In this document: piece by piece, positions 49,697 to 59,008 of the stretch
How positions within the stretch are numbered: the first letter of the stretch is position 1
How the letters are laid out: every line of letters starts with the position of its first letter
Source: Ferruginibacter sp.
GTDB taxonomy: Bacteria > Bacteroidota > Bacteroidia > Chitinophagales > Chitinophagaceae
Reading direction: 5' to 3'
NCBI GenBank assembly: GCA_040006715.1
Contig: JBDTWL010000011.1
Span: 3,728-67,727 of the forward strand
DNA: 64,000 nucleotides
Notes under the pieces: model-generated
Databases searched by the model: none
What the model was told of the DNA's origin: nothing
Seen by the model: only the letters and a program-made list of their open reading frames with translations
Made by a program: the position numbers and the translations under genes

Positions 49697-49820
49697 ACCA
49701 CAAGATGAAAATAAATATGCTGTTTTACAGTCGGCTGTTTTACACAAAACAAAAAAGTGATGCCTAAACATCACTTATAATAACCAGCGCAAGGCTATAT
49801 AAGGTTCAAACCTGCCAATC

Positions 49821-50264
49821 TTATTCGTTATTTTTTAACCCGGGCCAATTCTTATTGGCATCTTCTATACGCTTTGCCTGGTTCTTATTCCAATACTCTT
49901 TCACTTTTAAATTGTAGTTAAGGTAAAGTTTACCATCAACAATTGTCCATGCTTCAGGATCTGTAGGTGCCTTGTGTGCTTCCGACATACCATAAGCACA
50001 ATAACCACCAAATTGTGGGGCATATTTTGAAGGATCGAGTTTAAAACTGTCAAGGTTTTGTTTATTGGAAAATATCCAGTCCGCTTCATTCCAGGTAAAA
50101 CTGAATTGCTCATTTCCTTTTACCGGTTTTCCTTCTTTAAAATAAGCCACAGGGTCATAACCGTGAATGGCATTTCCATCATTGATAAATACTTCAGATC
50201 TCTGCGCCGATAAATTAAGCGTGGCAAGCATTACAAGGGTAAGGGTTAACATGTTTTTTTTCAT
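49821..50264 (-). CDS. Exported YHS-domain protein (paralog 2)
   Basis: Signal peptide; GYDPVAYF, YAPQFGGYCAYGM and DGKLYLNYN motifs. Confidence 0.93.
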   Translation of the reverse strand: MKKNMLTLTLVMLATLNLSAQRSEVFINDGNAIHGYDPVAYFKEGKPVKGNEQFSFTWNEADWIFSNKQNLDSFKLDPSKYAPQFGGYCAYGMSEAHKAPTDPEAWTIVDGKLYLNYNLKVKEYWNKNQAKRIEDANKNWPGLKNNE

Positions 50265-50311
50265 AAATTATTTTTTGAAGCACAAAATTATTCTCATGAA
50301 AAAAAGGGAAA

Positions 50312-50327
50312 AGTCAGCCAGGTGACA
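50312..50327 (-). promoter_or_regulatory. Crp/Fnr-type box upstream of YHS paralog 2
   Basis: Minus strand TGTCA-CCTGGC-TGACT; canonical TAATTTTG ends at 50283, 29 nt away. Confidence 0.8.
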
Positions 50328-50357
50328 TTCACTAAATATAAAAGAATATTTGTGATG

Positions 50358-51107
50358 TTAACCGGTTGCAGGTAATGGCATGGAGCGTTGGTCTTTTGCA
50401 AAAGATGCCCGGTACAATGTTTTAAAATATTTGTATTTCATTTTAAACATATACTTTCGAAAACCGGTGCTACCTGCTTTAAAAAGTTTTTTGTGTGCAA
50501 ACCACACAACCAGTGACGTTGCAAAGAAGAAAACGGCATACATATAACGTGCAGCCATTTTTCCAATAAAAGATTTGGATTCAAATATGATCGTCATCCG
50601 TTCGGTTTGAAAATCTATATGGTAAGCCTCATCTATTAATATGTCTGTACATATCTGTTTTAAAAGCCCGCAGCCTGTTGCGTTCTTTAATGACTGGTAA
50701 AATACCTGGGCTGCGCTTTCAACCGTTATTACTGCGAGTGTCCATATCTCCATGTTTGTATTAAAATACCTGATCTTTCTGAATAAGGTATCGCCCCAGT
50801 CTCTGCAGATCCTTGGCCTGTTTATAGCATCAAGGTATTTACCAAGGTTGTTTCCATGTTTTTGTTCTTCCCTGATAAATAATTTTACAGCATCTACATA
50901 ATCGGGGTCATTTATCTTTTTGGCATATAAAGTTGAAGCGTGTATTAAATGTGCCCCGTCTGAAGTTTCCCCCAATTGCCAGGCCTGTAAGGAATGCAGA
51001 ATGGTTGCGATCTCCTCCTCTGAAATATCCGGCATCAAATCCCAGTTAACCCTTTGTTGGGTAAGGTTTACCCGGAAATGGCCGATCCATTTTTTACTTG
51101 TTTTCAT
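50358..51107 (-). CDS. Ferritin-like (di-iron carboxylate) domain protein
   Basis: Two ExxH motifs (EEQKHG, DEAYH) plus LGETS and TVESAA. Confidence 0.82.
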   Translation of the reverse strand: MKTSKKWIGHFRVNLTQQRVNWDLMPDISEEEIATILHSLQAWQLGETSDGAHLIHASTLYAKKINDPDYVDAVKLFIREEQKHGNNLGKYLDAINRPRICRDWGDTLFRKIRYFNTNMEIWTLAVITVESAAQVFYQSLKNATGCGLLKQICTDILIDEAYHIDFQTERMTIIFESKSFIGKMAARYMYAVFFFATSLVVWFAHKKLFKAGSTGFRKYMFKMKYKYFKTLYRASFAKDQRSMPLPATG

Positions 51108-51224
51108 AATAGTATTTTTTATTTGTTTTTAAAAGTACTTTGAATTACAAAGTAAATAGAAGTTTTCAATATTATCAACTATATTTTTTGTTAAATCCGC
51201 TGCTAAGTAAAAAACGCTCTCTAT

Positions 51225-51240
51225 CGTCACTTACCTGACA
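51225..51240 (+). promoter_or_regulatory. Crp/Fnr-type box upstream of the GMC oxidoreductase
   Basis: CGTCA-CTTACC-TGACA; TCTCTTTG ends at 51269, 29 nt downstream. Confidence 0.78.
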
Positions 51241-51287
51241 AAAAAGATCTAGGATTTTACTTCTCTTTGTTTTTTAAAACCAGAAAC

Positions 51288-52880
51288 ATGGACAATCATT
51301 ACGATATCATTATCATCGGCACCGGAAGCGGTGGTGGTACCATCTCAAAAAAACTGGCTGATAGTGGCAAAAAGATCTTGATACTTGAAAGAGGCGGATT
51401 TATACCGAAAGAAAAGGAGAACTGGGACCCACATGAAGTGGTGACAATCGGACGTTACCGCCCAAAAGAAAACTGGTATGATAAAGATAATAAACCCTTT
51501 CTTCCTTATATACATTATAATGTTGGTGGTAACAGCAAAGTATATGGCGCTGCCTTATTCCGCTTCCGCGAAAAAGATTTTGAAGAAGTGAAACATTATG
51601 GAGGAACCTCCCCTGCATGGCCTTTTGGCTATGAAACATTGAAACCATACTATGATACCGCTGAAAAAATGTATCATGTGCATGGCAGGCGGGGCGTGGA
51701 TCCTACCGAGCCCCCAACAAATATTGAATATCCCCTTCCTCCCCTTCCTTATGAACCTTTGATAAAAGACCTGGACAACAAACTGAAGCAGATCGGCCTG
51801 GAACCATTCCCATTACCAATGGGTGTAAATCTTCCACAGGATACAAATAAAAATGCATCGCCGGTAATATTGGAAAATTTTGACGGATTCCCCGATCTCA
51901 CAGATTCAAAAGCAGATTCACAAACAGTTGGATTGAACAAAGCATTGTTGAATGACAATGTGAAAATGATCACGCATGCATATGTTGAAAAATTATTGAC
52001 AGATGACACAGGCAAAAAAGTTGTAGCTGTTGTTGTCATAGTTGAAGGAGAAGAAATTGTTTTTTCTGCGGAAACATTTATAGTAGCATGCGGCGCTGTT
52101 AACAGTGCAGCCCTGATGCTTCGAAGCGCAAATAAGATGCACCCAAATGGCTTGGCGAATTCATCGGACCAGGTCGGACGGAATTTAATGCTACACCACA
52201 ATGGATGCCTGGTGGCTTTCACAAAAAAGAAAAATGATTGTGTGTTCCAGAAAAGCCTGGGATTAGCAGATTTTTATTTTGGTGCAGATGACAGTGAACT
52301 ACCCCTGGGTGAGATACAATTAATGGGGCGCAATGATCCTGATACGATCCTGTGGCTTGCAGAAAAATTATATCCCGGCAAAACATATACAGAACTAAAA
52401 GAAATGACCATTGATTTCTGGCTGACCGCAGAAGACCTTCCCTCTCCCGGAAACCGTATTACCCTTCGTGAAGATGGTGCCATAAAAGTTGATTATATAA
52501 GAACAAATTATACTGCTTTTGAAAAGCTGAAAGAAAAATTAAAGCAGGTATTTGTAAAACTTGGGGAGATCGATGAAGATTACAAGGATGTTCAATGGAA
52601 TGGGTATGATCTTGATGTGAGCGGGATGAGCCATCAAAACGGAACACTGCGTTTTGGGGCTGATCCTGCAACATCCGTACTGGACCTGAATTGCAAGGCA
52701 CATGACCTCGACAACCTTTACGTAGTGGATGCAAGTTTCTTTCCAAGCTGTGGTGCTTTCAATCCAGCACTCACCATTGCGGCAAATGCATTGAGGGTTG
52801 GAGAACATATCCTGCAACTTGAAAGTGTGGTCACTAAAATAAACAATAAGGAGTTGAAAGTTGAAACGATAAGTAATTAA
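51288..52880 (+). CDS. GMC family FAD oxidoreductase (cytoplasmic)
   Basis: IIIGTGSGGG, NVGGNSKVYGAAL, HQNGTLRFG, NLYVVDASFFP and NPALTI motifs; ATG 51288. Confidence 0.92.
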   Translation: MDNHYDIIIIGTGSGGGTISKKLADSGKKILILERGGFIPKEKENWDPHEVVTIGRYRPKENWYDKDNKPFLPYIHYNVGGNSKVYGAALFRFREKDFEEVKHYGGTSPAWPFGYETLKPYYDTAEKMYHVHGRRGVDPTEPPTNIEYPLPPLPYEPLIKDLDNKLKQIGLEPFPLPMGVNLPQDTNKNASPVILENFDGFPDLTDSKADSQTVGLNKALLNDNVKMITHAYVEKLLTDDTGKKVVAVVVIVEGEEIVFSAETFIVACGAVNSAALMLRSANKMHPNGLANSSDQVGRNLMLHHNGCLVAFTKKKNDCVFQKSLGLADFYFGADDSELPLGEIQLMGRNDPDTILWLAEKLYPGKTYTELKEMTIDFWLTAEDLPSPGNRITLREDGAIKVDYIRTNYTAFEKLKEKLKQVFVKLGEIDEDYKDVQWNGYDLDVSGMSHQNGTLRFGADPATSVLDLNCKAHDLDNLYVVDASFFPSCGAFNPALTIAANALRVGEHILQLESVVTKINNKELKVETISN

Positions 52881-52973
52881 TAAAAAGGTAGTTTTCTCAT
52901 GTTCGGTTGATTTTGGCTTTTAGGTTAAAAGAAACGGCGATGGGATTTCCTGTCGCCTTTTTAAGATTTATTT

Positions 52974-53327
52974 ATGGAAGAAATAGCAAAAACAGTCACA
53001 ATAAATATCAGTCATGCACTGGAAGTGATCTCAGCATTGATAATCGGTGCTGCGCTGGTAAAACTTGTCTTCAATTATTTCAGTTCGCTGGGATCAAGGA
53101 TCAGTATTTCAGCAGAAGAATCAAGGGTAAGATTCGGCAGCGCCATTGCAGTAGCATTGGAAATATTGCTGGGAGCCGATGTATTGGCAACTGCGGTTGC
53201 ACCCAGTTGGGATGATATTGGCAAACTCGCTGCCATTGCTGTTTTACGAACTGCACTCAATTATTTTCTTGGAAAAGAACTGAAAGAGATCCATCATAAA
53301 GAAGCATTACCCCAGATCAGTAAATAA
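52974..53327 (+). CDS. DUF1622 membrane protein
   Basis: ALEILLGADVLATAVAPSWDDIGKLAAIAVLRTALNYFL motif. Confidence 0.92.
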   Translation: MEEIAKTVTINISHALEVISALIIGAALVKLVFNYFSSLGSRISISAEESRVRFGSAIAVALEILLGADVLATAVAPSWDDIGKLAAIAVLRTALNYFLGKELKEIHHKEALPQISK

Positions 53328-53335
53328 CATTCTAC

Positions 53336-53351
53336 TGTCAGGCCATTGACA
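53336..53351 (+). promoter_or_regulatory. Crp/Fnr-type box upstream of the aquaporin gene
   Basis: Perfect TGTCA-GGCCAT-TGACA; TCTCTTTG ends at 53380, 29 nt downstream; ATG at 53385. Confidence 0.82.
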
Positions 53352-53384
53352 ATCGGGATCTGTAAAAAGTTTTCTCTTTGTCTT

Positions 53385-54176
53385 ATGAAGCATTCTTTTC
53401 AACAGAACTGGAAATTATATTTAATGGAAGCCTTTGGACTTGCCATTTTTATGATATCAGCCTGTTTCTTTGGTGGAATACTCGAATCACGGTCTTCAAT
53501 TGTTCATCATGCAATTGAAAGTGGTTTTATAAGAAATATTATCATGGGAATAATGATGGGGTTAACAGCCTTATTCATTTTTTATTCACCCTGGACATCT
53601 CCATCAGGGTCACATATCAATCCAGCAGTAACATTATCATTACTTCGCATTGGAAAGATGAACAGGTTTGATGCTTTCTTCTATATCGTCTTTCAGTTCA
53701 TCGGTGGAACTATTGCCGTTTATATCATGCAATGGCTGATGGGTGATACGTTAACGAACCAGCCAGTGAATTCTGTTGTCACGATACCGGGCAAAACAGG
53801 CGTTGCCGCTGCGTTCATGATGGAATTCGCTATAGCATTCATTATGATGACAATGGTGCTGTTCACTTCTGCCAATGAACAACTTAAAAGATATACAAGG
53901 ATCATCGCAGGATGCCTGGTATGCCTTTACGTGATCGTTGCCGGCCCTGTGAGTGGCTTTGGTATGAACCCTGCAAGATCCTTTGCCAGTGCTCTTCCCA
54001 CTCATACGTGGACCGCATGCTGGATATATATGATCGTGCCTGTTATCGGAATGATGGCAGCCGTTGAATTCTTCCTTTTAATACAGAAGAAGAAAAAAAT
54101 AAATAAAAACAACATGGATGAATCCATGTATTCACCAAAAAAGAAAATACTGGAGTCATTTGAATTCGTACTCTGA
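53385..54176 (+). CDS. MIP/aquaporin family channel
   Basis: SGSHINPAVT and GFGMNPARS NPA boxes; six TM segments. Confidence 0.93.
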   Translation: MKHSFQQNWKLYLMEAFGLAIFMISACFFGGILESRSSIVHHAIESGFIRNIIMGIMMGLTALFIFYSPWTSPSGSHINPAVTLSLLRIGKMNRFDAFFYIVFQFIGGTIAVYIMQWLMGDTLTNQPVNSVVTIPGKTGVAAAFMMEFAIAFIMMTMVLFTSANEQLKRYTRIIAGCLVCLYVIVAGPVSGFGMNPARSFASALPTHTWTACWIYMIVPVIGMMAAVEFFLLIQKKKKINKNNMDESMYSPKKKILESFEFVL

Positions 54177-54193
54177 ATAATAACTTATCAATT

Positions 54194-55198
54194 ATGAAAA
54201 AAATATTCACTTTAGTATTGGTTACAATAGCCGCACTTCAGTCTTATGTTGTATTTGCGCAAAAGATAATTGCTATTGGCCCGGTTGCAATAACTGTTTC
54301 AGATATGGAACGCTCTCTGGACTTTTATACCAAGACACTACCATTCCAAAAAATATCGGATGAGGAAGTATATGGAGATGCTTATGAAAAACTGGAAGGG
54401 CTTTTTGGTATCAGGATGCGTATTGTTCATTTAAAACTGGGAGATGAAGAAATTGAATTGATCGATTATCTCACAACCGGTGGCCGAAGCATGCCGGAAG
54501 ATGCAAGATCGAACGATCTTATTTTCCAGCACATTGCCATAGTGGTAAGTGATATGAAGGCAGCTTATAAGCAATTACGTAAACATAATATCATTCACGT
54601 ATCAACAGCACCTCAAACACTGCCTGCAAGTATCCCGGAGGCATTTGGCGTAAAAGCATTTTATTTCCAGGACCCCGATAAACACAATCTTGAACTTATT
54701 TATTTTCCAAAAGGGAAGGGACAGGAAAAATGGCAGCATTCAAGTGGAAAAATATTCCTTGGAATAGATCACACAGCATTTGGCGTGAGTAATACAGAGA
54801 ACAGTTTGAAATTTTATCGTGATATACTTGGTATCGAAAGAAAAGGCGATAGCCACAATAAAGGAATAGAACAGGAACACCTGAACAACGTGGAAGGCGC
54901 CAGTCTTCATATCACTGGTTTAAGAACAATGATGGGGCCCGGACTTGAGTTTCTTCAATACATATTTCCCGGTGCAGGCAAAACTTATCCTGCAGATACA
55001 AGAGCGGATGATATCTGGCAATGGCAAACTACATTGATAACTGATAATGCTGAAGCCTTATACAACAAACTACAACACTCCATTTATAAGATCATCTCAA
55101 AAGGGCTTGTTGAATTGACAGGCAAGGATGGCAAAAAACTAAAAGCATTTATCATAAGAGATGAAGATGGTCATGCCATGCTGATCAGTGAAAGATGA
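54194..55198 (+). CDS. Exported VOC (glyoxalase/bleomycin-resistance) family protein
   Basis: Signal peptide; repeated beta-alpha-beta modules (IELIDY, QHIAIVV, FQDPDKHNLELI, IDHTAF, LEFLQY, RDEDGH). Confidence 0.88.
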   Translation: MKKIFTLVLVTIAALQSYVVFAQKIIAIGPVAITVSDMERSLDFYTKTLPFQKISDEEVYGDAYEKLEGLFGIRMRIVHLKLGDEEIELIDYLTTGGRSMPEDARSNDLIFQHIAIVVSDMKAAYKQLRKHNIIHVSTAPQTLPASIPEAFGVKAFYFQDPDKHNLELIYFPKGKGQEKWQHSSGKIFLGIDHTAFGVSNTENSLKFYRDILGIERKGDSHNKGIEQEHLNNVEGASLHITGLRTMMGPGLEFLQYIFPGAGKTYPADTRADDIWQWQTTLITDNAEALYNKLQHSIYKIISKGLVELTGKDGKKLKAFIIRDEDGHAMLISER

Positions 55199-55223
55199 TA
55201 ATACGAATAAAAGCCGCAAAAGA

Positions 55224-55442
55224 TCATTTTCCTGGATAGAAATAAAAAAGAAGATCTCCTTCAGCTATATTATTTTCATTTCCTTTAGCAAACACTGGTC
55301 CCGCCTCCCCTGTTTTATTCAGCAGTTCAATAGATCTGACCATGTTTTTCTGAGAGTCGTTATTTTGTGAACTAAGAAAGAATGTAAGGCATAAAGTTGC
55401 CCAGAATACAGGCCTTCTCCAGTCATACCTTAGGTGTATCAT
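55224..55442 (-). CDS. Candidate small protein (72 aa)
   Basis: N-terminal hydrophobic stretch; preceded by a box and TATGTTTA at regulon spacing; no recognisable family. Confidence 0.35.
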   Translation of the reverse strand: MIHLRYDWRRPVFWATLCLTFFLSSQNNDSQKNMVRSIELLNKTGEAGPVFAKGNENNIAEGDLLFYFYPGK

Positions 55443-55490
55443 GTCTTTATACTTTAGAATATAAACATACGATCATCGGTAAAAAATAAT

Positions 55491-55506
55491 TGTCAGCTGA
55501 CAGACC
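55491..55506 (-). promoter_or_regulatory. Degenerate Crp/Fnr-type box facing the 72-aa ORF
   Basis: Minus strand GGTCT-GTCAGC-TGACA; TATGTTTA ends at 55462, 29 nt away. Confidence 0.5.
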
Positions 55507-55561
55507 ATGATCAGCCTAAAAGAAGATTCCCTTTAAAACAGCCACAAAATTTATCGTTTTA

Positions 55562-55577
55562 AGTCATCTACATGACA
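55562..55577 (+). promoter_or_regulatory. Crp/Fnr-type box upstream of the S8 peptidase operon
   Basis: AGTCA-TCTACA-TGACA; TTGTTTTG ends at 55606, 29 nt downstream; ATG at 55611. Confidence 0.78.
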
Positions 55578-55610
55578 GCTTACAAACAGGCGATCATGTT
55601 GTTTTGCCTT

Positions 55611-57266
55611 ATGGAAAAGACCAAGACCATAATTTGTCCTTTATGCAATGATACAGTCGACAGGCTTTATTACCGCTTTCACATTGATAGCGAGAAAAAA
55701 GTACTGGATCGCATCCGGGCAAACAATCCTTCCTGGTCAAAAAATGATGGCGCTTGCAGCCGTTGTGTGGATTACTATCATACGGCTATCGTTATGGAGC
55801 AACGCATCTTACCTGAAATAGGTCCTCATTTTTCTATAAAAAGTGCTGATGATTTTGTGATCCTTCCAACCGGCCTGCGCCTGGATGCTGATCCGAGATA
55901 TACGGGCAAAGGTGTTAGCATTTGTTTCATTGATAGCGGATTTCATTTACACCCTGATCTTGAACTTTTAAATAAGAGGATCAAAAAGATCGTTGATATC
56001 AATAATCCAAAGAATACAAAAAAATATTTTGAAAAATCAAATCCCGAAAGCTGGCATGGAACTATGACGAGTGTTGTCTGTGCCGGTGATGGTTATTTCA
56101 GCAATGGATTGTATAAAGGGATCGCCAGCGATGCGGAACTGGTATTATTAAAAGTACAGGATGAGACTGGACATATTTCTTCAGAAAACATCTGCAAGGC
56201 ACTTGAATGGGTTTTGAAAAATCATAAAAAATATGATATCAGGATCGTGAACATGAGCGTGAGTGATGATGAGGCGATCTCTTACAAACAAAGTAAGGTT
56301 GACCAGCTAGCTGAACAATTGATCGAAAAAGGGATCGTAGTAGTTGCTGCGGTAGGCAATGATGAAAATGGTTCCATTAAACCTCCTGCCAATGCATTGC
56401 ATGTAATAGCGGTCGGTGGTGTGGATGATGAAAATAATTTTGATGATGGGCCAAAAAAATTATATCATTCTTCATTTGGAAGAACAGTGGATGGATTGAT
56501 GAAGCCTGAACTATTGGCGCATGCGATCTGGATCGCTGCCCCTATTTTACCTGGAACAAAAGAACAGTCAGAATCAGAAGCGTTGCACTGTCTTTTGAAT
56601 ACTGCTGATGATGAACTGGTGCCAGAATTGAATAAAAAATATTCACTGACCCAGCTTGAGCAATGGGTATTGGAACAACATGATACAAAGATCATTCGTG
56701 ATGCCATCATCAAAAGGATACAAACCTGCAAATACATTTCGCCTCATTACATGCATGTGGACGGTACTTCATTCGCTGCACCGATTGTTTGTTCTGTTAT
56801 TGCACAACTCCTGCAGGCTAATCCAGATCTATCGCCAGCTATGATAAGGGAAGTGCTTTTTTCTATGGCAAACCGCCTCGAGGGCCTTCCTGTTGAACGC
56901 CAGGGCTATGGGCTGGTACAACCCCGCAAGTCATTACTTAAAATTTTAAAAAGAGAGGTCATTATGAAACCGGTTATATCACCACATATCAATGCGAAGA
57001 AAAAAACAATTGAATTTTATATTCGGAATGATTGCGCACAACAAATATCTTTAGCAGGAAGTTTTAACCATTGGGCACAGGATGTGTTGTTAATGGAACC
57101 AGGTAAAAATGGTATGTGGAAGATCGAGATCCCGCTTTTGCCCATCGGTAAATACCAATATAAATTTTTCCTGGACGATAAAATGTGGATGGAAGACGTT
57201 GACAACCCTTACCGTGAACCAGACGGCCACAGTGGATTCAACAGTGTATTGTATATTGAACAATAA
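55611..57266 (+). CDS. S8 serine peptidase with N-terminal Cys/His module and C-terminal CBM48/AMPK-type glycogen-binding domain
   Basis: Triad FIDSG, SWHGT, DGTSFAAP; CPLC...CSRC; ISLAGSFNHW...GKYQYKFFLDDKMW.ED..NP; no signal peptide. Confidence 0.88.
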   Translation: MEKTKTIICPLCNDTVDRLYYRFHIDSEKKVLDRIRANNPSWSKNDGACSRCVDYYHTAIVMEQRILPEIGPHFSIKSADDFVILPTGLRLDADPRYTGKGVSICFIDSGFHLHPDLELLNKRIKKIVDINNPKNTKKYFEKSNPESWHGTMTSVVCAGDGYFSNGLYKGIASDAELVLLKVQDETGHISSENICKALEWVLKNHKKYDIRIVNMSVSDDEAISYKQSKVDQLAEQLIEKGIVVVAAVGNDENGSIKPPANALHVIAVGGVDDENNFDDGPKKLYHSSFGRTVDGLMKPELLAHAIWIAAPILPGTKEQSESEALHCLLNTADDELVPELNKKYSLTQLEQWVLEQHDTKIIRDAIIKRIQTCKYISPHYMHVDGTSFAAPIVCSVIAQLLQANPDLSPAMIREVLFSMANRLEGLPVERQGYGLVQPRKSLLKILKREVIMKPVISPHINAKKKTIEFYIRNDCAQQISLAGSFNHWAQDVLLMEPGKNGMWKIEIPLLPIGKYQYKFFLDDKMWMEDVDNPYREPDGHSGFNSVLYIEQ

Positions 57267-57271
57267 ATGAG

Positions 57272-57499
57272 ATGACTGAAACGATCATAAATATCATACT
57301 ACTAATAATGGCCATTTACCTGGCTGCAGGATTTATATTCAGCATAATATTTATAGCAAAAGGTTTACAGGTTTTGGATGAAGGTGCCCATGGAACCGGC
57401 ATCGGTTTTAAACTGATCATTGTTCCGGGTTGCATTGTTTTCTGGCCGGTACTTTTAAAGAAATGGATGAAGGCAGGAAGAAATAAACTTAGACAATAG
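57272..57499 (+). CDS. Small two-TM hypothetical membrane protein
   Basis: Two hydrophobic segments, FKLIIVPG...WP motif; 5 nt after the S8 stop. Confidence 0.75.
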   Translation: MTETIINIILLIMAIYLAAGFIFSIIFIAKGLQVLDEGAHGTGIGFKLIIVPGCIVFWPVLLKKWMKAGRNKLRQ

Positions 57500-57518
57500 G
57501 ATTTTTTTGTAAAATATC

Positions 57519-57959
57519 ATGGTAAAGCAATTAAGAAAAAGACATTTACAGGTATGGGCAGTATTGCTGTTGCTGATCCCCTGTGCCATCATTGCCGGGT
57601 GGCTTGTTATTCCAAATCAACAGCCCGGTAATCTTTTGCAGCCACAGGAATCAACTGCCTTACAAGTGATCTTAAAGTCTGTTCAAAAAGAAAATTACAT
57701 AGTAAACCTTCGCACAAACAATGACAGGTCTGCCAGCCAGTTAGAATGGATAAACAAGTCTGCTTTGACCAGCCCGTCGGCGCTTATCTATAAGTTGACA
57801 AATACTTCAACCAAAGATATCAGCAGCAATGACCTTATCGGTAGGATCGATGTAAAAGGAACATACCATTTCCCGTTGAAGAATGATTCAGCAGTCAACA
57901 ACAAATTTGTTTTGTACGATATCATTCACCAACAGGTAATTGATACAATAAATTTTTAA
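57519..57959 (+). CDS. Membrane-anchored hypothetical protein
   Basis: LRKRHLQVW followed by one TM segment and a beta-rich domain; operonic spacing. Confidence 0.75.
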   Translation: MVKQLRKRHLQVWAVLLLLIPCAIIAGWLVIPNQQPGNLLQPQESTALQVILKSVQKENYIVNLRTNNDRSASQLEWINKSALTSPSALIYKLTNTSTKDISSNDLIGRIDVKGTYHFPLKNDSAVNNKFVLYDIIHQQVIDTINF

Positions 57960-57961
57960 GC

Positions 57962-59002
57962 ATGAGTGCATCATACCAGGCTATTGGATGGAACAGGCAA
58001 AAAAAACGCTATGACTGGTTCATAGCTGGCTTCTGTGCATTATACCTCAGCATATTCATTGTCTTAACTGCCATCTTCAATTCCCAATATACTTTTGAAA
58101 CAGTACTGATACGATCAACATCAACCCTGGCTATATTGATATTGCATGTTATTCTCTGCATTGGGCCTTTGAGCAGGCTTAATAGCAAATTCCTGCCCTT
58201 ATTATACAATCGCCGCCATCTCGGTGTAACCATGTTCTTCCTTGCAGCGATACACGGAACTTTCAGCATCATTCATTTTCATGCATTGGGAGATGTGAAC
58301 CCGTTTGTATCATTGTTCACTTCCAATACCAATTATAATTCACTGCATGGATTTCCATTCCAGGCATTGGGCTTTTTTGCATTGATCATATTTTTTTTAA
58401 TGGCCATCACAAGTCATGATTTCTGGTTGCACAACCTGTCGCCAAAGGTTTGGAAAACACTGCACATGTTTGTGTACCTTGCTTATTTTCTCGTTATTAT
58501 GCATGTGATGCTTGGGGCCATTCAATATGAAAGCCACCCCGTCTTTGTAATAATGATAGCGATGGGAGCAATAACAGTCATAAGCCTTCATTTGATCACT
58601 GGGCTGAAAGAAGTAAAGAAAGACAATGCCAGGTTTGATCCTGCAAAAAATGGTTTTGTAAGTGTATGTGATATCAATGAGATCGAAGAAAGCCGTGCAA
58701 AGATATTTTGTATAGATAAAGAACGTATAGCAGTGTATCGTTTTGAGAACAGTCTGTATGCCATACACAATGTTTGTAAACACCAGGGCGGCCCTTTGGG
58801 TGAAGGAAAGATCATTGATGGCTGTATCACCTGTCCCTGGCATGGATACCAGTATTTACCAAATAATGGCCAATCCCCTCCTCCATTTAAAGAAAAGGTA
58901 AGCACGTATGATGTAATGGTTGAAGGAACAAAGGTTTGGCTAAACCCAAGCCCATTCCCGGAAGGAACAGAAAGGCCGGGCGCATTGATCAATAATAAAT
59001 AA
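57962..59002 (+). CDS. Ferric-reductase-like (MsrQ-type heme b) membrane protein fused to a Rieske [2Fe-2S] domain
   Basis: NRRHLG, IHG, WKTLH..VY..Y..VIMH; C-terminal CKH...CPWH. Confidence 0.9.
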   Translation: MSASYQAIGWNRQKKRYDWFIAGFCALYLSIFIVLTAIFNSQYTFETVLIRSTSTLAILILHVILCIGPLSRLNSKFLPLLYNRRHLGVTMFFLAAIHGTFSIIHFHALGDVNPFVSLFTSNTNYNSLHGFPFQALGFFALIIFFLMAITSHDFWLHNLSPKVWKTLHMFVYLAYFLVIMHVMLGAIQYESHPVFVIMIAMGAITVISLHLITGLKEVKKDNARFDPAKNGFVSVCDINEIEESRAKIFCIDKERIAVYRFENSLYAIHNVCKHQGGPLGEGKIIDGCITCPWHGYQYLPNNGQSPPPFKEKVSTYDVMVEGTKVWLNPSPFPEGTERPGALINNK

Positions 59003-59008
59003 ACAGGA

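Noticed and set aside
41262-50264. Selenocysteine in the YHS proteins (some family members are selenoproteins)
   Set aside because: Both GG[WY]C motifs use TGT (Cys); no in-frame TGA.
51148-51192. Regulon box for the ferritin-like gene
   Set aside because: A TTACTTTG -7-like box exists, but no dyad lies 29 nt from it.
55491-55502. Perfect palindrome TGTCAGCTGACA as a separate motif class
   Set aside because: Single occurrence; better explained as part of the degenerate N6 box at 55491-55506.
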